DNA of 64,000 nt from Vulcanimicrobiota bacterium (GTDB lineage: Bacteria > Vulcanimicrobiota > Vulcanimicrobiia > Vulcanimicrobiales > Vulcanimicrobiaceae). Location of the stretch: assembly GCA_963777315.1 (NCBI GenBank), contig CAVZQC010000001.1:288001-352000 (forward strand), in the 5' to 3' direction. Shown piece by piece: positions 1-9,657 of the stretch. The notes beneath the pieces are model-generated. The model worked only from the letters and a program-made list of their open reading frames with translations, did not search any database and was not told the origin of the DNA. How positions within the stretch are numbered: position 1 is the first letter of the stretch; each line of letters starts with the position of its first letter. Both the position numbers and the translations under genes were made by a program.

Positions 1-797
1 GCGTACGGATAGCGCATGCCAAGCCGCTCTTCGAAGACTTCGAGCATCTTGGGCGTCTTTCCAAAGGCGCGTTCGCCGTCGGCTTCCCGGCCGGGCAGCA
101 CGTAATAATACACCGGCAGAGCGTCCTGGTGTTCGCGCGGCACGGAGGCTTGCCGAATCTCTACGAAGGGTCCAACCACCAGCGTCATCAGGTACGTCGA
201 GTGCGGCACGTCCTGCCGGTAACGGTAGATCGTGCGATCGCCCTCGTCGCGCCGTTCGACCAGTGCACCGTTCGAAAGCGCGAACTGCCCGGCCGGAACG
301 ACGATCGTAGCGGACGAGGTCTGCTTCTCGTGCGGGTAGTCCAAGCACGGAAACCAGTACCGCGCGTTCTCGTCTTGGCTTTGCGTCCAGGCATGGCGGA
401 TTTTGTCGGGATAGTCCGCGGTGGATTCGACGAAAAACAACCCATGCCGCGGATGCCTCACGCTGTAGGCGATCGCAAAAGTCGCTTCTTGTTCCGGCGC
501 GATGGGAGGATCGAAAGTTATTTCGACCTTTCGGGCGCGATGCGTGAATTTTTGCGGCTTTCCGTCACGCAGCACCGAAGCGATGCGCAAATCGACTGCG
601 TCCAAAGCAAGCACCGGCACGGCTTGATCCAAAGCGCGAACCGTCGTCGTGCAAACGGCGCCCAGCCGGGCTTTTTGCAAGTCGGGCGTCAAGTGCAGGT
701 CGATATGCGCTACGTCCACGAGTTTGTCGGGGCCGTAACGCAGTGAAGAGCCGGGCAGCGCGAACGCGCGATGCCCTGAGTTGTCATCCCGGTGCAT
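1..797 (-). CDS. M1-family aminopeptidase (aminopeptidase N-like), 5' part; runs off the window edge
   Basis: Manual translation from ATG 797: MHRDDNSGHRAFALPG...AWTQSQDENARYWFPCLDYPHEK...ALSNG...HSTYLM...GKTPKMLEVFEERLGMRYPY. These are typical M1 N-terminal motifs. Not in the ORF track because there is no stop inside the window. Confidence 0.9.
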   Translation of the reverse strand, partial: MHRDDNSGHRAFALPGSSLRYGPDKLVDVAHIDLHLTPDLQKARLGAVCTTTVRALDQAVPVLALDAVDLRIASVLRDGKPQKFTHRARKVEITFDPPIAPEQEATFAIAYSVRHPRHGLFFVESTADYPDKIRHAWTQSQDENARYWFPCLDYPHEKQTSSATIVVPAGQFALSNGALVERRDEGDRTIYRYRQDVPHSTYLMTLVVGPFVEIRQASVPREHQDALPVYYYVLPGREADGERAFGKTPKMLEVFEERLGMRYPY

Positions 798-820
798 GCT
801 GAGACTTCGCGGTTCGCGAA

Positions 821-846
821 GGCGGCGCCGGTTTCCCGGCGCCGCC
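821..846. terminator. GC-rich hairpin downstream of the 872-1924 gene (possible terminator; weak U-tract)
   Basis: GGCGGCGCCGG-TTTC-CCGGCGCCGCC, perfect 11-bp stem. Confidence 0.45.
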
Positions 847-871
847 GTGTCCAGCGAGGTTCGCAGTCCCT

Positions 872-1924
872 TCAGCTGCTGTAGACGATTTGGCGTTCGA
901 TGGCAGCGCCGCTCGGCGAGGTCGAGGTGATGATCACGCGAACCTGTCCGCCGGAAACCGCGTTCAGGCCCACCGACGTCGTGAAATTGCCGTTACCGTC
1001 GGCCGTCACGTCGGTCTGAAACGTTCCCGTGCCGATCTGCAGCAAACCGCCCAGCGTGGTGGCCGTACCCGATGCGACGATGTGCACTTGCGAGCCGGGA
1101 ATCGTGTGGCCGCTTATGGTGAAGTTGCCGCCGACCTTCGCGCCCGGACCCGGCCGCAGGCGGTTGATGTAGTTCGCCGCCGCGCCGGCCGTGGTGTTGA
1201 ACGACCATCCCGTGTTGAAAGACGCCCCGGTCGCGGTCGAGCCGCTGACCGTTACGTGATGCGTGCCTGGTGACAGCTCGAAGTCGGGCGTAGCGTCGAA
1301 GCCGTTCGCATTCGCATACACTTGCTGCGTGACGTCGCGGCCGTCCACGCTGACGCGCAGGGAATCGCGATTGACCGCTTCACTGAACGTCGCGTGCAGC
1401 GCGGGGTGGGTAGTGTTCACGCTGGCGCCGTTGCCGGGACGCTCGTTGTTGAGCGAGAACGACGAATTGTTCGTCGGCGTGTAATTCTGGGAGCCGCCGT
1501 TGGATGCAATGTACACCGTGCTCGTATTGCTGTCCCATCGTACGTTGGCCCCTAGAGCCTGGGCGACGAAACGCAGCGGCACTTCCGTGCGACCTGCGAC
1601 CGAAAAAGGCGCGACGTCCATCGTCATCCGATTTCCGTCGATCGTGGCTTGCGGCGAGCCGATCGTCAGATGCACGGAGCGTCCGCGTCCCTGCGCGTTG
1701 ATGTTGCCGTTCGAATAGACGACCGTCGATCCCAAGCGTTCGAAGATCGCGCGCATCGGCACGAAAACCCGATTATTGCGCATGACCGGCGGTTGGTCGA
1801 ACGAAAGCACCTGGCCGTCCACGACGACGGTGACGTTCTGGGCCAGCACCGGCACGGCCAGAGCGGCCGCGAGCAAGAACGACAGTGCCAGCCCGCAGCT
1901 CGCGAGCCGTTTGAGTAAAAGCAT
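872..1924 (-). CDS. Secreted protein with copper-amine-oxidase N-terminal (stalk) domain and C-terminal Ig-like beta regions
   Basis: Signal peptide (LALSFLLAAALAVPVLAQ), then FDQPPVMRNNRVFVPMRAIFERLG and APFSVAGRTEVPLRFVAQALGANVRWD. ATG at 1924. Confidence 0.8.
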   Translation of the reverse strand: MLLLKRLASCGLALSFLLAAALAVPVLAQNVTVVVDGQVLSFDQPPVMRNNRVFVPMRAIFERLGSTVVYSNGNINAQGRGRSVHLTIGSPQATIDGNRMTMDVAPFSVAGRTEVPLRFVAQALGANVRWDSNTSTVYIASNGGSQNYTPTNNSSFSLNNERPGNGASVNTTHPALHATFSEAVNRDSLRVSVDGRDVTQQVYANANGFDATPDFELSPGTHHVTVSGSTATGASFNTGWSFNTTAGAAANYINRLRPGPGAKVGGNFTISGHTIPGSQVHIVASGTATTLGGLLQIGTGTFQTDVTADGNGNFTTSVGLNAVSGGQVRVIITSTSPSGAAIERQIVYSS

Positions 1925-2030
1925 TGATAAAGTCCTCCGAGTGCGTGACAAACGTATCTCCATGTACGCACCGCTTACCCAGGTGCGTCGCAAGGCTCCG
2001 CACGCCTGTCGGCAGGCCCGGTTATCGTCG

Positions 2031-5000
2031 TTAGGCGAAGGGCGTGGCGACCGGATGCATCTCTTCGCGCACCGCGCGCTTGTCGGCGCGGCGCTCCAGA
2101 TATCCGATCCACGTGTTGTAGATCATCGGGACCAAGAAGAGCGTGAGAATCAGCGAGCTCGAGCAGGCCTCCGATGATCACCGTTCCCATGGCCTGCCGC
2201 CACTCTCCGCCCTCGGCATATCCCAGAGCGAGCGGCAGCATGCCGAAAATCATGGCGGCCGTCGTCATGACGATTGGCCGAAAGCGTGTGGCCGACGCCT
2301 GCAAGACCGCATCGCGAACGCGCATGCCGCGTTTGATGAGCGTGTTGGAGTAGTCCACGAGCAGAATGCCGTTTTTGGAAACCAAGCCGAAGAGCATGAT
2401 GATGCCCAAGATCGAGATGATGTTGAGCGATTGACCTTGCTCGGGCTGAAGCCGGCCCATAATCGCCAGAAAAACCAGCGCGCCGATGATGGCCAAAGGC
2501 ACCGAGAACATAACGATGAGCGGTTCCAGGAACGAACCGTAGAGAACGACCATCAGCATGTAGACCAGCATGAACGACGTCAGCAGCGCGATGCCCATGT
2601 TGACCATCGTCTCGCCGACCCACTGCGAGTTGCCCTGTGCGGTGGGTGCGACGCCGGAGGGCAGGAAACCGGGCTCGCGCATCTTCTTTTCGAGCGGCCC
2701 TTGCACCTGACCGGTGGAGTAGCCCGGCAGCAGATCGGCGGTGACGTTCACCACGCGCTGGCGGTTCAAGCGTTCGATGCGCGTCGGCGCTTTCGTCCAC
2801 GTAAACGATGCCACGTCGCCCAGCGGAATCAGCGTTCCGTCCTCGGCGCGCACGCGTACCGTTTTCAGATCGTCGACCGTATTGCGGTCCGCTTGCGGAA
2901 ATTGCACGCGCACGTCGACCAGCCCGTTCGGGGTTCGCACCTTGGTAGCCACGGCTCCGTCGACCGCGATGCGGGCAACGTTCGCGGCTGCCGAAGGCGC
3001 AACGCCAAGCAGCGCAGCTTTGGCTTGATCGATGTCGACGTTGAGCCGGGGTGCGGCGATCTCTGCGGACGTCTGCACGTTCACCGATCCCGGGATCGTA
3101 CGCAGGAAGCGGGCCACTTTTTCCGCTGCAGGGCCGATCGCGTCCTCGGGGCCGGCCAGCGAATAAAAGATCGCCGAGCCGCCGCCGCCCCCGCCGCTTT
3201 CCTGGTTGACTTGGAAATCACCGCCGGGAACGAGATATCCCATCTTGCGGATCTGCTCGACGACCTGATTGGTTTGCTTGATGTGCGCGTCGTCGACTTG
3301 CGCCGTAAGGCGCGCGAAATTACCGCCCATCGTCATGCCGAAACCCGAAGGCTTCATACCGACCGTCGAGCTGACCGATTTCATCCAGCGAACCTTCATC
3401 AGCGCGTCTTCCAGCCGCGTTACGTATCGATCCGTCGTCGCGATCGGCGTGCCTGGCGGATAACTCACGGCCATGTTGATGACGCCGGTTTGCTGCGCCG
3501 GAAAGAAATCGAAGCTAATGCCGCCCAGGGACCACATGATGACGCCGAGCACGATCGGCATCACGATTGTCGCCGCCGCAACCGGCAAGTGCGTACCCAG
3601 CGATGCGAATCCGCGCACGGGTTTGCGGCGGCTGCGGCCGCGCATGCGCATCACCCACGCGATCGCGTAGAACGCCAGCGTTACGGCGACGATTCCCGCA
3701 TCGAGCGGCAGCGCGTTTGCACCGTTGCCGATGAGCGCCATCGCGTTGACGAGCAACACTGCGCACGTGAAGACCACGAACGTACCGTGCGCGAGCGCAA
3801 ACGGCAGCAGCACATCCTTGTAGAAACGCGTGAACTGCTCGTACCGGTGCACGATGAAGTTCAGGATGAGCAGCGCAACCACGAACACCGCAAACACGTT
3901 GAGCAGGAACCAGCCCGTTGCGCTGCCGGCAACCCACATCACTGCGGCGGCAGCCAGCAATCCGAAATCCAGAAAGCGGTTGTCCAGCGCGCGAACCCAG
4001 GCCGGATCGCCCTCGGAGCGCTTGCGCATGCTCCACCTTGCAGCGAGCAGCGGCGTGAGCGTGAAGGACACGAACAGCGAGAACAGCGTCGCCGTAACGA
4101 CGACGGCGCCGTATTCCTTTAAGTATTCGCCGGTAATGCCGGGCAGAAGCGCAATCGGCAGAAAGACGACCACGTCGACCATCGTGATCGCGACCGCGGC
4201 GCCGCCGATCTCGCTGCGTCCATTTATGGCGGCGTCGATTGGGTTTTGCCCCATATCTCGATGCCGCGTAATGTTTTCCAAAACGACGATCGAGTCGTCG
4301 ACCAAAATACCGATAATCAGGGAAAGCCCCATCATCGAGAGATCGTCGATATGGAAGCCGAAGAGCTTCATCAAAATGAACGTGGAGAGAATCGACGAGG
4401 GGATCGCCACCAAGACGACGACCGCGTTGCGCCAGGCGTGCAGAAAAAGCATCATCACGATGGCGGTCAGGACGATGCCCTCGAGCAGCGACTGCCCAAC
4501 GCCCCAGAGTTCCTTCGCCGTGACGTCGGCCTGCGCGTCTTCCTCGACGAACTGCAGCTGCGGAAAACGCGCTTCGATGATCTTCATCTGCGCCCGCGCG
4601 CCCTTGGTCGCTTTGATTTGATCTGCGTCGAGCGTCGGATTGATCTGAATGTAGACGCGGGGCTGCCCGTTGTAGTGCGACATCGTCCGCATCTCGACAT
4701 GGCTGTCGTAGGCCTTCGCGACGTCGCCGATCTTCAGTTCGCGAGTCGACGAACCGGGTACGGGAAGCGGAATTCCCAGCAAATCGTCGGCTTTGTTGAC
4801 GTACGAATGTATCGCGACGCTCGCCTCCTGCGTCGGTTGCGTCAGGATGCCGCCCGGAACGTTGAGATTATTGTTTGCCACCGCGCCGAAGACGTCGGAA
4901 AGCGTCGCATTTGCGCCGAGCAGCCGCGACGGGCTGGGCTCGACGTGGAATTCGCGGTCGGCTGAGCCGTACACGTTGACCGACTGCACGTCCGGAATCT

Positions 5001-5505
5001 GTTGGATGAGCGGCGTTATCTGATTGTTGACCAAGTCCGCGATCTGTGTTTGAGAAAGCGTTCTCGAACTGACCGCGATGTCCAGCAGGGGCGGCGTATT
5101 GTCGCCCGCGGACTTATCGACCGTCGGAGGATTCAAATCGGTCGGCATGTACACGCGCGCGGTATCCGTGCGGCGCTGCACGTCGACGGCGGCGAGATCG
5201 AGGTTGGTGCCGATGCGGAAAAATACCGCGACGCTGGCTGAGCCTTCCTGGGCGGTTGCCGTGATGTGATCCAGGTTGTCGATGCCGGCCATTTGGTCTT
5301 CGATCGGCTTGATGACCAGCCGTTCCATGTCTTGCGGAGATGCGCCGGGATAGCCGGCCTCGATCAGGACGACGGGAAATACGGTTCCGGGCGGATTGGA
5401 GCTGCGCCCGAGCTGCATGAACGAAACAAAACCGAAAATCGCCAAGGCGATGAACACCATGGCGGTGATGACTGGTCGGCTAATCGCAAATCGGGTCAAC
5501 CACAC
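2031..5505 (-). CDS. RND efflux permease (AcrB/HAE1 family); 1-nt frameshift at about 2160
   Basis: Motifs YPGASPQDME, IGILVDDSIVVLENI, GLVSKNGILLVD, RFRPIVMTT. Removing one base at 2160/2161 restores the canonical last helix IIGGLLSSLILTLFLVPMIY, ending at TAA 2031-2033. Confidence 0.93.
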
Positions 5506-5627
5506 GATAGAAAAATGGCTCCTAGAGCGGTCCGGTCTGTGCTACAGATACGCCGCTAACGCTCTTGGGGTTTCAGCTGTGCCGTTCTGCGGATTATGGC
5601 ACCTTACAGCGGCGCGCAAGCCGTTGG

Positions 5628-5777
5628 TTAGTCACTATGCCGGCCCGCTGCACTGCCGAACGTTGCCCCCAGAACGACACCGAAGCCGATTCCGACGGCG
5701 AGATTGTGCAGAGCAAGCCCAAGACCGGCGCCAAGCGCGATACCGAGGGCCATGTAGGTACGCCGGGAGCGGCTCAT
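5628..5777 (-). CDS. Small glycine-zipper membrane protein (49 aa)
   Basis: MSRSRRTYMALGIALGAGLGLALHNLAVGIGFGVVLGATFG; two GxxxG-rich hydrophobic helices. Confidence 0.6.
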   Translation of the reverse strand: MSRSRRTYMALGIALGAGLGLALHNLAVGIGFGVVLGATFGSAAGRHSD

Positions 5778-5897
5778 GGCGAGCCGACGTTCTCCAAAAA
5801 ACGTTAGACCGCCTCGCAGAGGACCGAAACGCTGCCTTGCAACGGCATGCCACAACGGCAGAAGACCTAGGCGCCGGCCACTTCATGTTATGTTTTC

Positions 5898-5926
5898 TTG
5901 ACATTATGTATTGTTTACATTACACT
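5898..5926 (+). promoter_or_regulatory. Sigma70-type promoter with an inverted repeat (putative operator) in the spacer
   Basis: TTGACA (5898-5903), 17-nt spacer, TACACT (5921-5926). Inverted repeat ATGTA-N5-TACAT at 5906-5920. Confidence 0.75.
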
Positions 5927-5954
5927 TACGCCCACCAGCCGAAGGGAGAAGAAA

Positions 5955-6380
5955 TTGCCGTTCCGCGAGAAAACCGCCTGGCTCACGTTGATCGCCATCG
6001 CCGTCACTTTTGGGCCATATTTTGCGGTCGTCGCCGCACGGGGCCGCGCCGCAAGCGAGGTACCGGGCTTGCACGAGCTTGGCCTGTTTGCCGTCGTCGT
6101 AATCGTGCAGGTGATCGTCGTGGCCGCCGGTCACGCGTTCTTGGCCGCCGTGTCTCCCACAGACGCGCGAATGCCGCCCGACGAGCGCGATCGTGCAATC
6201 ACTAGCAGATCGATCGCCTTCGCGTACTACGTGCTCATCGCGGGCATGATCGTTGTGGGCTGCGTCATGCCGTTCAATTCGAGAGGCTGGACGATCATCA
6301 ACGCAGCGCTTGCGATGATCGTCGCTGCCGAAGTCGTTCACTACGGCGCCATCGTCGTCGGCTATCGCCGGCAAGCATGA
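5955..6380 (+). CDS. Four-helix membrane protein (DUF2178-like)
   Basis: TTG start after GGGAGA; FREKTAWL...PPDERDRAI motif; ATGA overlap with the XRE gene. Confidence 0.7.
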   Translation: MPFREKTAWLTLIAIAVTFGPYFAVVAARGRAASEVPGLHELGLFAVVVIVQVIVVAAGHAFLAAVSPTDARMPPDERDRAITSRSIAFAYYVLIAGMIVVGCVMPFNSRGWTIINAALAMIVAAEVVHYGAIVVGYRRQA

Positions 6381-6601
6381 TCGAAGGATCGATCACCAAT
6401 CGGATCCGTACGCTGCGTTTTCTTAACGGTGAGATTTCCCAAGGCGAGCTGGGTCAACGCATCGGCGTAACGCGCCAGACAATCGCCGCGATCGAGGCGG
6501 GAAAGTATTCGCCCTCACTGGACGCGGCATTTCGAATCGCCCATGTTTTCAACGTGCCGCTGGACGAAGTGTTCCAATGGCGTGGAATCGAGAATACGTG
6601 A
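6377..6601 (+). CDS. XRE-family helix-turn-helix transcriptional regulator
   Basis: SQGELGQRIGVTRQTIAAIEAGKYSPSLDAAFRIAHVF. Confidence 0.92.
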   Translation: MIEGSITNRIRTLRFLNGEISQGELGQRIGVTRQTIAAIEAGKYSPSLDAAFRIAHVFNVPLDEVFQWRGIENT

Positions 6602-6694
6602 CGCACAACGGACTGCGGGCGGCCTTCACCTTAGTCCGGACGAGCGCAATGAACCGTGACGCCGCTGCAATGCGCGGCGGGATTCGTAGGTTCA

Positions 6695-6778
6695 TGCGCG
6701 AGACTGGACTCGAACCAGCACGCCCTTGCGGGCGCTAGCCCCTCAAGCTAGTGCGTCTACCAATTTCGCCACTCGCGC
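6695..6778 (-). tRNA. tRNA-Leu (anticodon GAG), long variable arm, CCA not encoded
   Basis: GCGCGAGTGGCGAAATTGGTAGACGCACTAGCTTGAGGGGCTAGCGCCCGCAAGGGCGTGCTGGTTCGAGTCCAGTCTCGCGCA. Acceptor stem, D-loop TGGTAG, anticodon arm CTAGC-TTGAGGG-GCTAG and T-loop TTCGAG are all present. Confidence 0.97.
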
Positions 6779-6853
6779 ACGGGCCGGTGGGTACGGACAA
6801 CCTGCAAAGTCTATACGCTAGCACATCGAGGGTCAAGCATTCATTCGACGTTC

Positions 6854-7789
6854 TTAGCGCATGTTCGGATCGAGCGCGTCCCGCAGGCCGTCGCCGATAT
6901 AGTTGATGGCGAGCACGGTAACCAAAATGCACAGTCCGGGAAACACTGCCGCCCACCAAGCGACCTCGAGATTACTCTCGGCGTTGGCGAGCATATTGCC
7001 CCACGATGCCGTGGGCGGCTGAATGCCGAAGCCCAGGAACGACAGCGTGGATTCCAGCACGATGACGTTGGCAACGTCGAGCGTCGCTTGCACGATGATG
7101 GGCGCGATCGCGTTCGGCAGTAGATGGCGCAGCATGATGCGCGCGTCGCCGTTGCCTAGGGCGCGGGCAGCCTCCGTGTATTCCCGTTCGCGTAGCGACA
7201 GGTACGAAGCGCGCACCAAGCGCGCGACGCCCGGCCAAGAAAGCGCGCCGATGATGATGACGATAACCCCGAAGCCCAGCGAGGCTTTACTGGAGCTGGC
7301 TGCAACGATTGCGGTGAGCGTGAGCAGCAGGGGCAAGAGCGGAATCGACAAAAAGACGTCCGTGATGCGCATCACCACGTAATCGACCCATCCGCCGTAG
7401 TACCCCGCCACCGCGCCCAGCAGCGTGCCGATGATCAGCTCCATCACCACGGCCGCCACGCCGACGGTGAGAGAAATGCGCGCGCCGAACATCAAGCGCG
7501 AAAGCAGGTCGCGCCCATTTTCGTCGCTTCCAAGCGTGTGAGCGCCGCATTGTGAAGCATCTTGAAAGCACGGAGGAAGCGGATTGCCCTGCCAGTGCAC
7601 GTTGTCGATGGCGTTGGGGTCGTACGGCGCGAACTTGGGCGCGAACACCGCGACCACCACCATGAACAGCAGCACGATCGCGCCGGCCATCGCCAGTTTG
7701 TGTTTGCGAAACCGCGACCATACGGTATTCTTGCTGTACGTGACGGCTTCGGAGGCGAACTGCTGATCGATCGGAGGTGAAAGTGCCAC
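6854..7789 (-). CDS. oppC: Oligopeptide/dipeptide ABC transporter permease (OppC/DppC)
   Basis: HTLGSDENGRDLLSRLMFGARISL; EYTEAARALG; RHLLPNA; SFLGFGIQPPTASWG. Confidence 0.92.
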   Translation of the reverse strand: MALSPPIDQQFASEAVTYSKNTVWSRFRKHKLAMAGAIVLLFMVVVAVFAPKFAPYDPNAIDNVHWQGNPLPPCFQDASQCGAHTLGSDENGRDLLSRLMFGARISLTVGVAAVVMELIIGTLLGAVAGYYGGWVDYVVMRITDVFLSIPLLPLLLTLTAIVAASSSKASLGFGVIVIIIGALSWPGVARLVRASYLSLREREYTEAARALGNGDARIMLRHLLPNAIAPIIVQATLDVANVIVLESTLSFLGFGIQPPTASWGNMLANAESNLEVAWWAAVFPGLCILVTVLAINYIGDGLRDALDPNMR

Positions 7790-7798
7790 TGCGGCTCC

Positions 7799-8773
7799 TC
7801 AGTCGTACTTCACGCGCGGATCGAGCCACGCGTACGCAACGTCGGCAAAAAGATTGAAAAAAACGACCAAGAACGCGTTGAACACCAAGTAGCCCATCAT
7901 CAGCGCGATGTCTTGCTGGCCCAAAGCGTTGAAGAACAGGCGCCCTTCGCCCGGCCACGCGAAGATCGTTTCGGTCACGATGGCGCCGCCGAACAGGCCG
8001 GGCAGCGTGAGCGCCGTCACCGTGACCAGCGGGATGAGCGCGTTCTTGAGCCCGTGCTTGAACAGCACGGTGCGGAAGTTGAGACCTTTGGCCCAGGCCG
8101 TGCGCATGTAATCCGTCTTGATCACTTCGAGCATCGAACTGCGCATGAAGCGGCTGTACAAGGCGACCTGCAACAGCGCCAGAACGATCGCCGGCAAGAT
8201 GAGATGCGTCACGCGATCGCCGAAATCGAACGTGTCGCTGCTGGACAGCCCCGCGGACGGCAACTGAATCAGATATCCGCCCGGGAGCGGTATGCCGTGC
8301 ACCGCAAACGCCAGCTGCATCATGAGCGCGAACCAGAACACCGGCATCGACTGGCCGAAAAAGGCAAACGTCGTGATGAAGTAGTCCCAAATCGAGTACG
8401 GCTTGACCGCCGCAAACAGGCCTGCCGACACGCCGATAATAAATGCGATCACGAACGAGGAGACCATCAGCTCGAAGGTGGCGGGAAGCCGCTCGAGGAT
8501 CGCGTTGAAGACCGGTTCGGAGTTGCTGGTGGAGTATCCGAAATCGCCGACGATGACGTGCCCGAGCCACAGCACATACTGCACGACGATTGGACGGTCG
8601 TAGCCGAGGTTATGTTTCAAGCGCGCGATGTCGGCCTGCGTGATGTGCGGGTTCTGCAGATACGGGCCCAGGCCGCCGCCCGGCGCGTTGTGCAGAATCA
8701 CGAACAGGATCAGAGAGATCAGAATCAGCAGCGGAATCGCTTGAAGCGTCCGCCGGATGACGTAGGTGAACAG
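7799..8773 (-). CDS. oppB: Oligopeptide/dipeptide ABC transporter permease (OppB/DppB); apparent CTG start
   Basis: ILERLPATFEL, DYMRTAWAKGL, GGAIVTETIFAWPG, LDPRVKY. The N-terminus (M)FTYVIRRTLQAIPLL begins at CTG 8773, 6 nt after SD GGAGGAG. Confidence 0.92.
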   Translation of the reverse strand: MFTYVIRRTLQAIPLLILISLILFVILHNAPGGGLGPYLQNPHITQADIARLKHNLGYDRPIVVQYVLWLGHVIVGDFGYSTSNSEPVFNAILERLPATFELMVSSFVIAFIIGVSAGLFAAVKPYSIWDYFITTFAFFGQSMPVFWFALMMQLAFAVHGIPLPGGYLIQLPSAGLSSSDTFDFGDRVTHLILPAIVLALLQVALYSRFMRSSMLEVIKTDYMRTAWAKGLNFRTVLFKHGLKNALIPLVTVTALTLPGLFGGAIVTETIFAWPGEGRLFFNALGQQDIALMMGYLVFNAFLVVFFNLFADVAYAWLDPRVKYD

Positions 8774-8790
8774 GCGCTACTCCTCCGTTT

Positions 8791-9657
8791 TCACCACTGC
8801 GCGCCGCCCATGGACGCCGCCATAGTTGCGCTCGGATGCGCGGCTTTCCTGGAAAGGCCGAGGATCTCGCGTGCCTGGTCGGGGGTGGCGACCGGCCGTC
8901 CGAGTTCGTTCGCCAGCCGGACGACGCGCGCGACCAGCTCTTCGTTGGTCGCCAAACGTCCTTTCGAATAGTAGATATTGTCTTCCAGACCCACGCGAAC
9001 GTGGCCGCCCATGGCGAGCGCTGCCATCGCCATCGGCAGCTGCATGCGCCCGATGCCCGCAACCGACCACGTGCAGCCGGCAGGCAGGGAGTCGACCAGG
9101 TCGCACAGATTCTGCACGCTCGCGTCCAAGCCGCCCGGAACGCCCAGCACGAAATCGACGTGCTGAGGGAATTCCAACAACCCCTCCTTGTGCAGCCGCC
9201 GTGCGTTCGAAAGATGCCCCTTGTCGAAAATCTCCAGCTCCGGCCGAACGCCGAACTCATGCATTTTTTGCAGGATGGCGCGCATGATGGGAAAGCTGTT
9301 TTCAAAAACCTCGTCACCGAAGTTGACCGTTCCGCACGTGAGGGTGGCCATCTCCGGACGCAATTGCAGAACCGACGCGCGCTCGATGGGCGTCATGCCG
9401 ATGGCGCCCCCGGTGGAGAACTGCACGATCACGTCGCTTTGCGCGCGAATTGCTTCATACGCTTGCCGAAAACGCGCGACGTCGTGCGTGTTGCTTGCGT
9501 CGTCGTTTCGGCAGTGCACGTGCAGAATCGACGCTCCGGCCTCCCGCACCTTGCGCGCCACGTCGGCCAGCTGCCGGGGAGTAACGGCCAAATGCGGCGT
9601 CTGCTCGGGCGTGAGCTCCGCGCCCACCGGCGCCACGGTAACGATCAGCGGATCCAT
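8791..9657 (-). CDS. kce: 3-keto-5-aminohexanoate cleavage enzyme (BKACE/Kce family)
   Basis: LIVTVAPVGAE, GASILHVHCR (HxH), QFSTGG, PELEIFD, GGHVRVGLEDNIY. Confidence 0.9.
   Translation of the reverse strand: MDPLIVTVAPVGAELTPEQTPHLAVTPRQLADVARKVREAGASILHVHCRNDDASNTHDVARFRQAYEAIRAQSDVIVQFSTGGAIGMTPIERASVLQLRPEMATLTCGTVNFGDEVFENSFPIMRAILQKMHEFGVRPELEIFDKGHLSNARRLHKEGLLEFPQHVDFVLGVPGGLDASVQNLCDLVDSLPAGCTWSVAGIGRMQLPMAMAALAMGGHVRVGLEDNIYYSKGRLATNEELVARVVRLANELGRPVATPDQAREILGLSRKAAHPSATMAASMGGAQW

Noticed and set aside
2143..4122. 659-aa plus-strand ORF
   Set aside because: Antisense shadow of the RND gene in GC-rich DNA; Arg/His-rich with no motifs.
5500..6778. Integrative element at tRNA-Leu
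   Set aside because: No integrase, and no duplicate of the tRNA 3' end noticed in the window.
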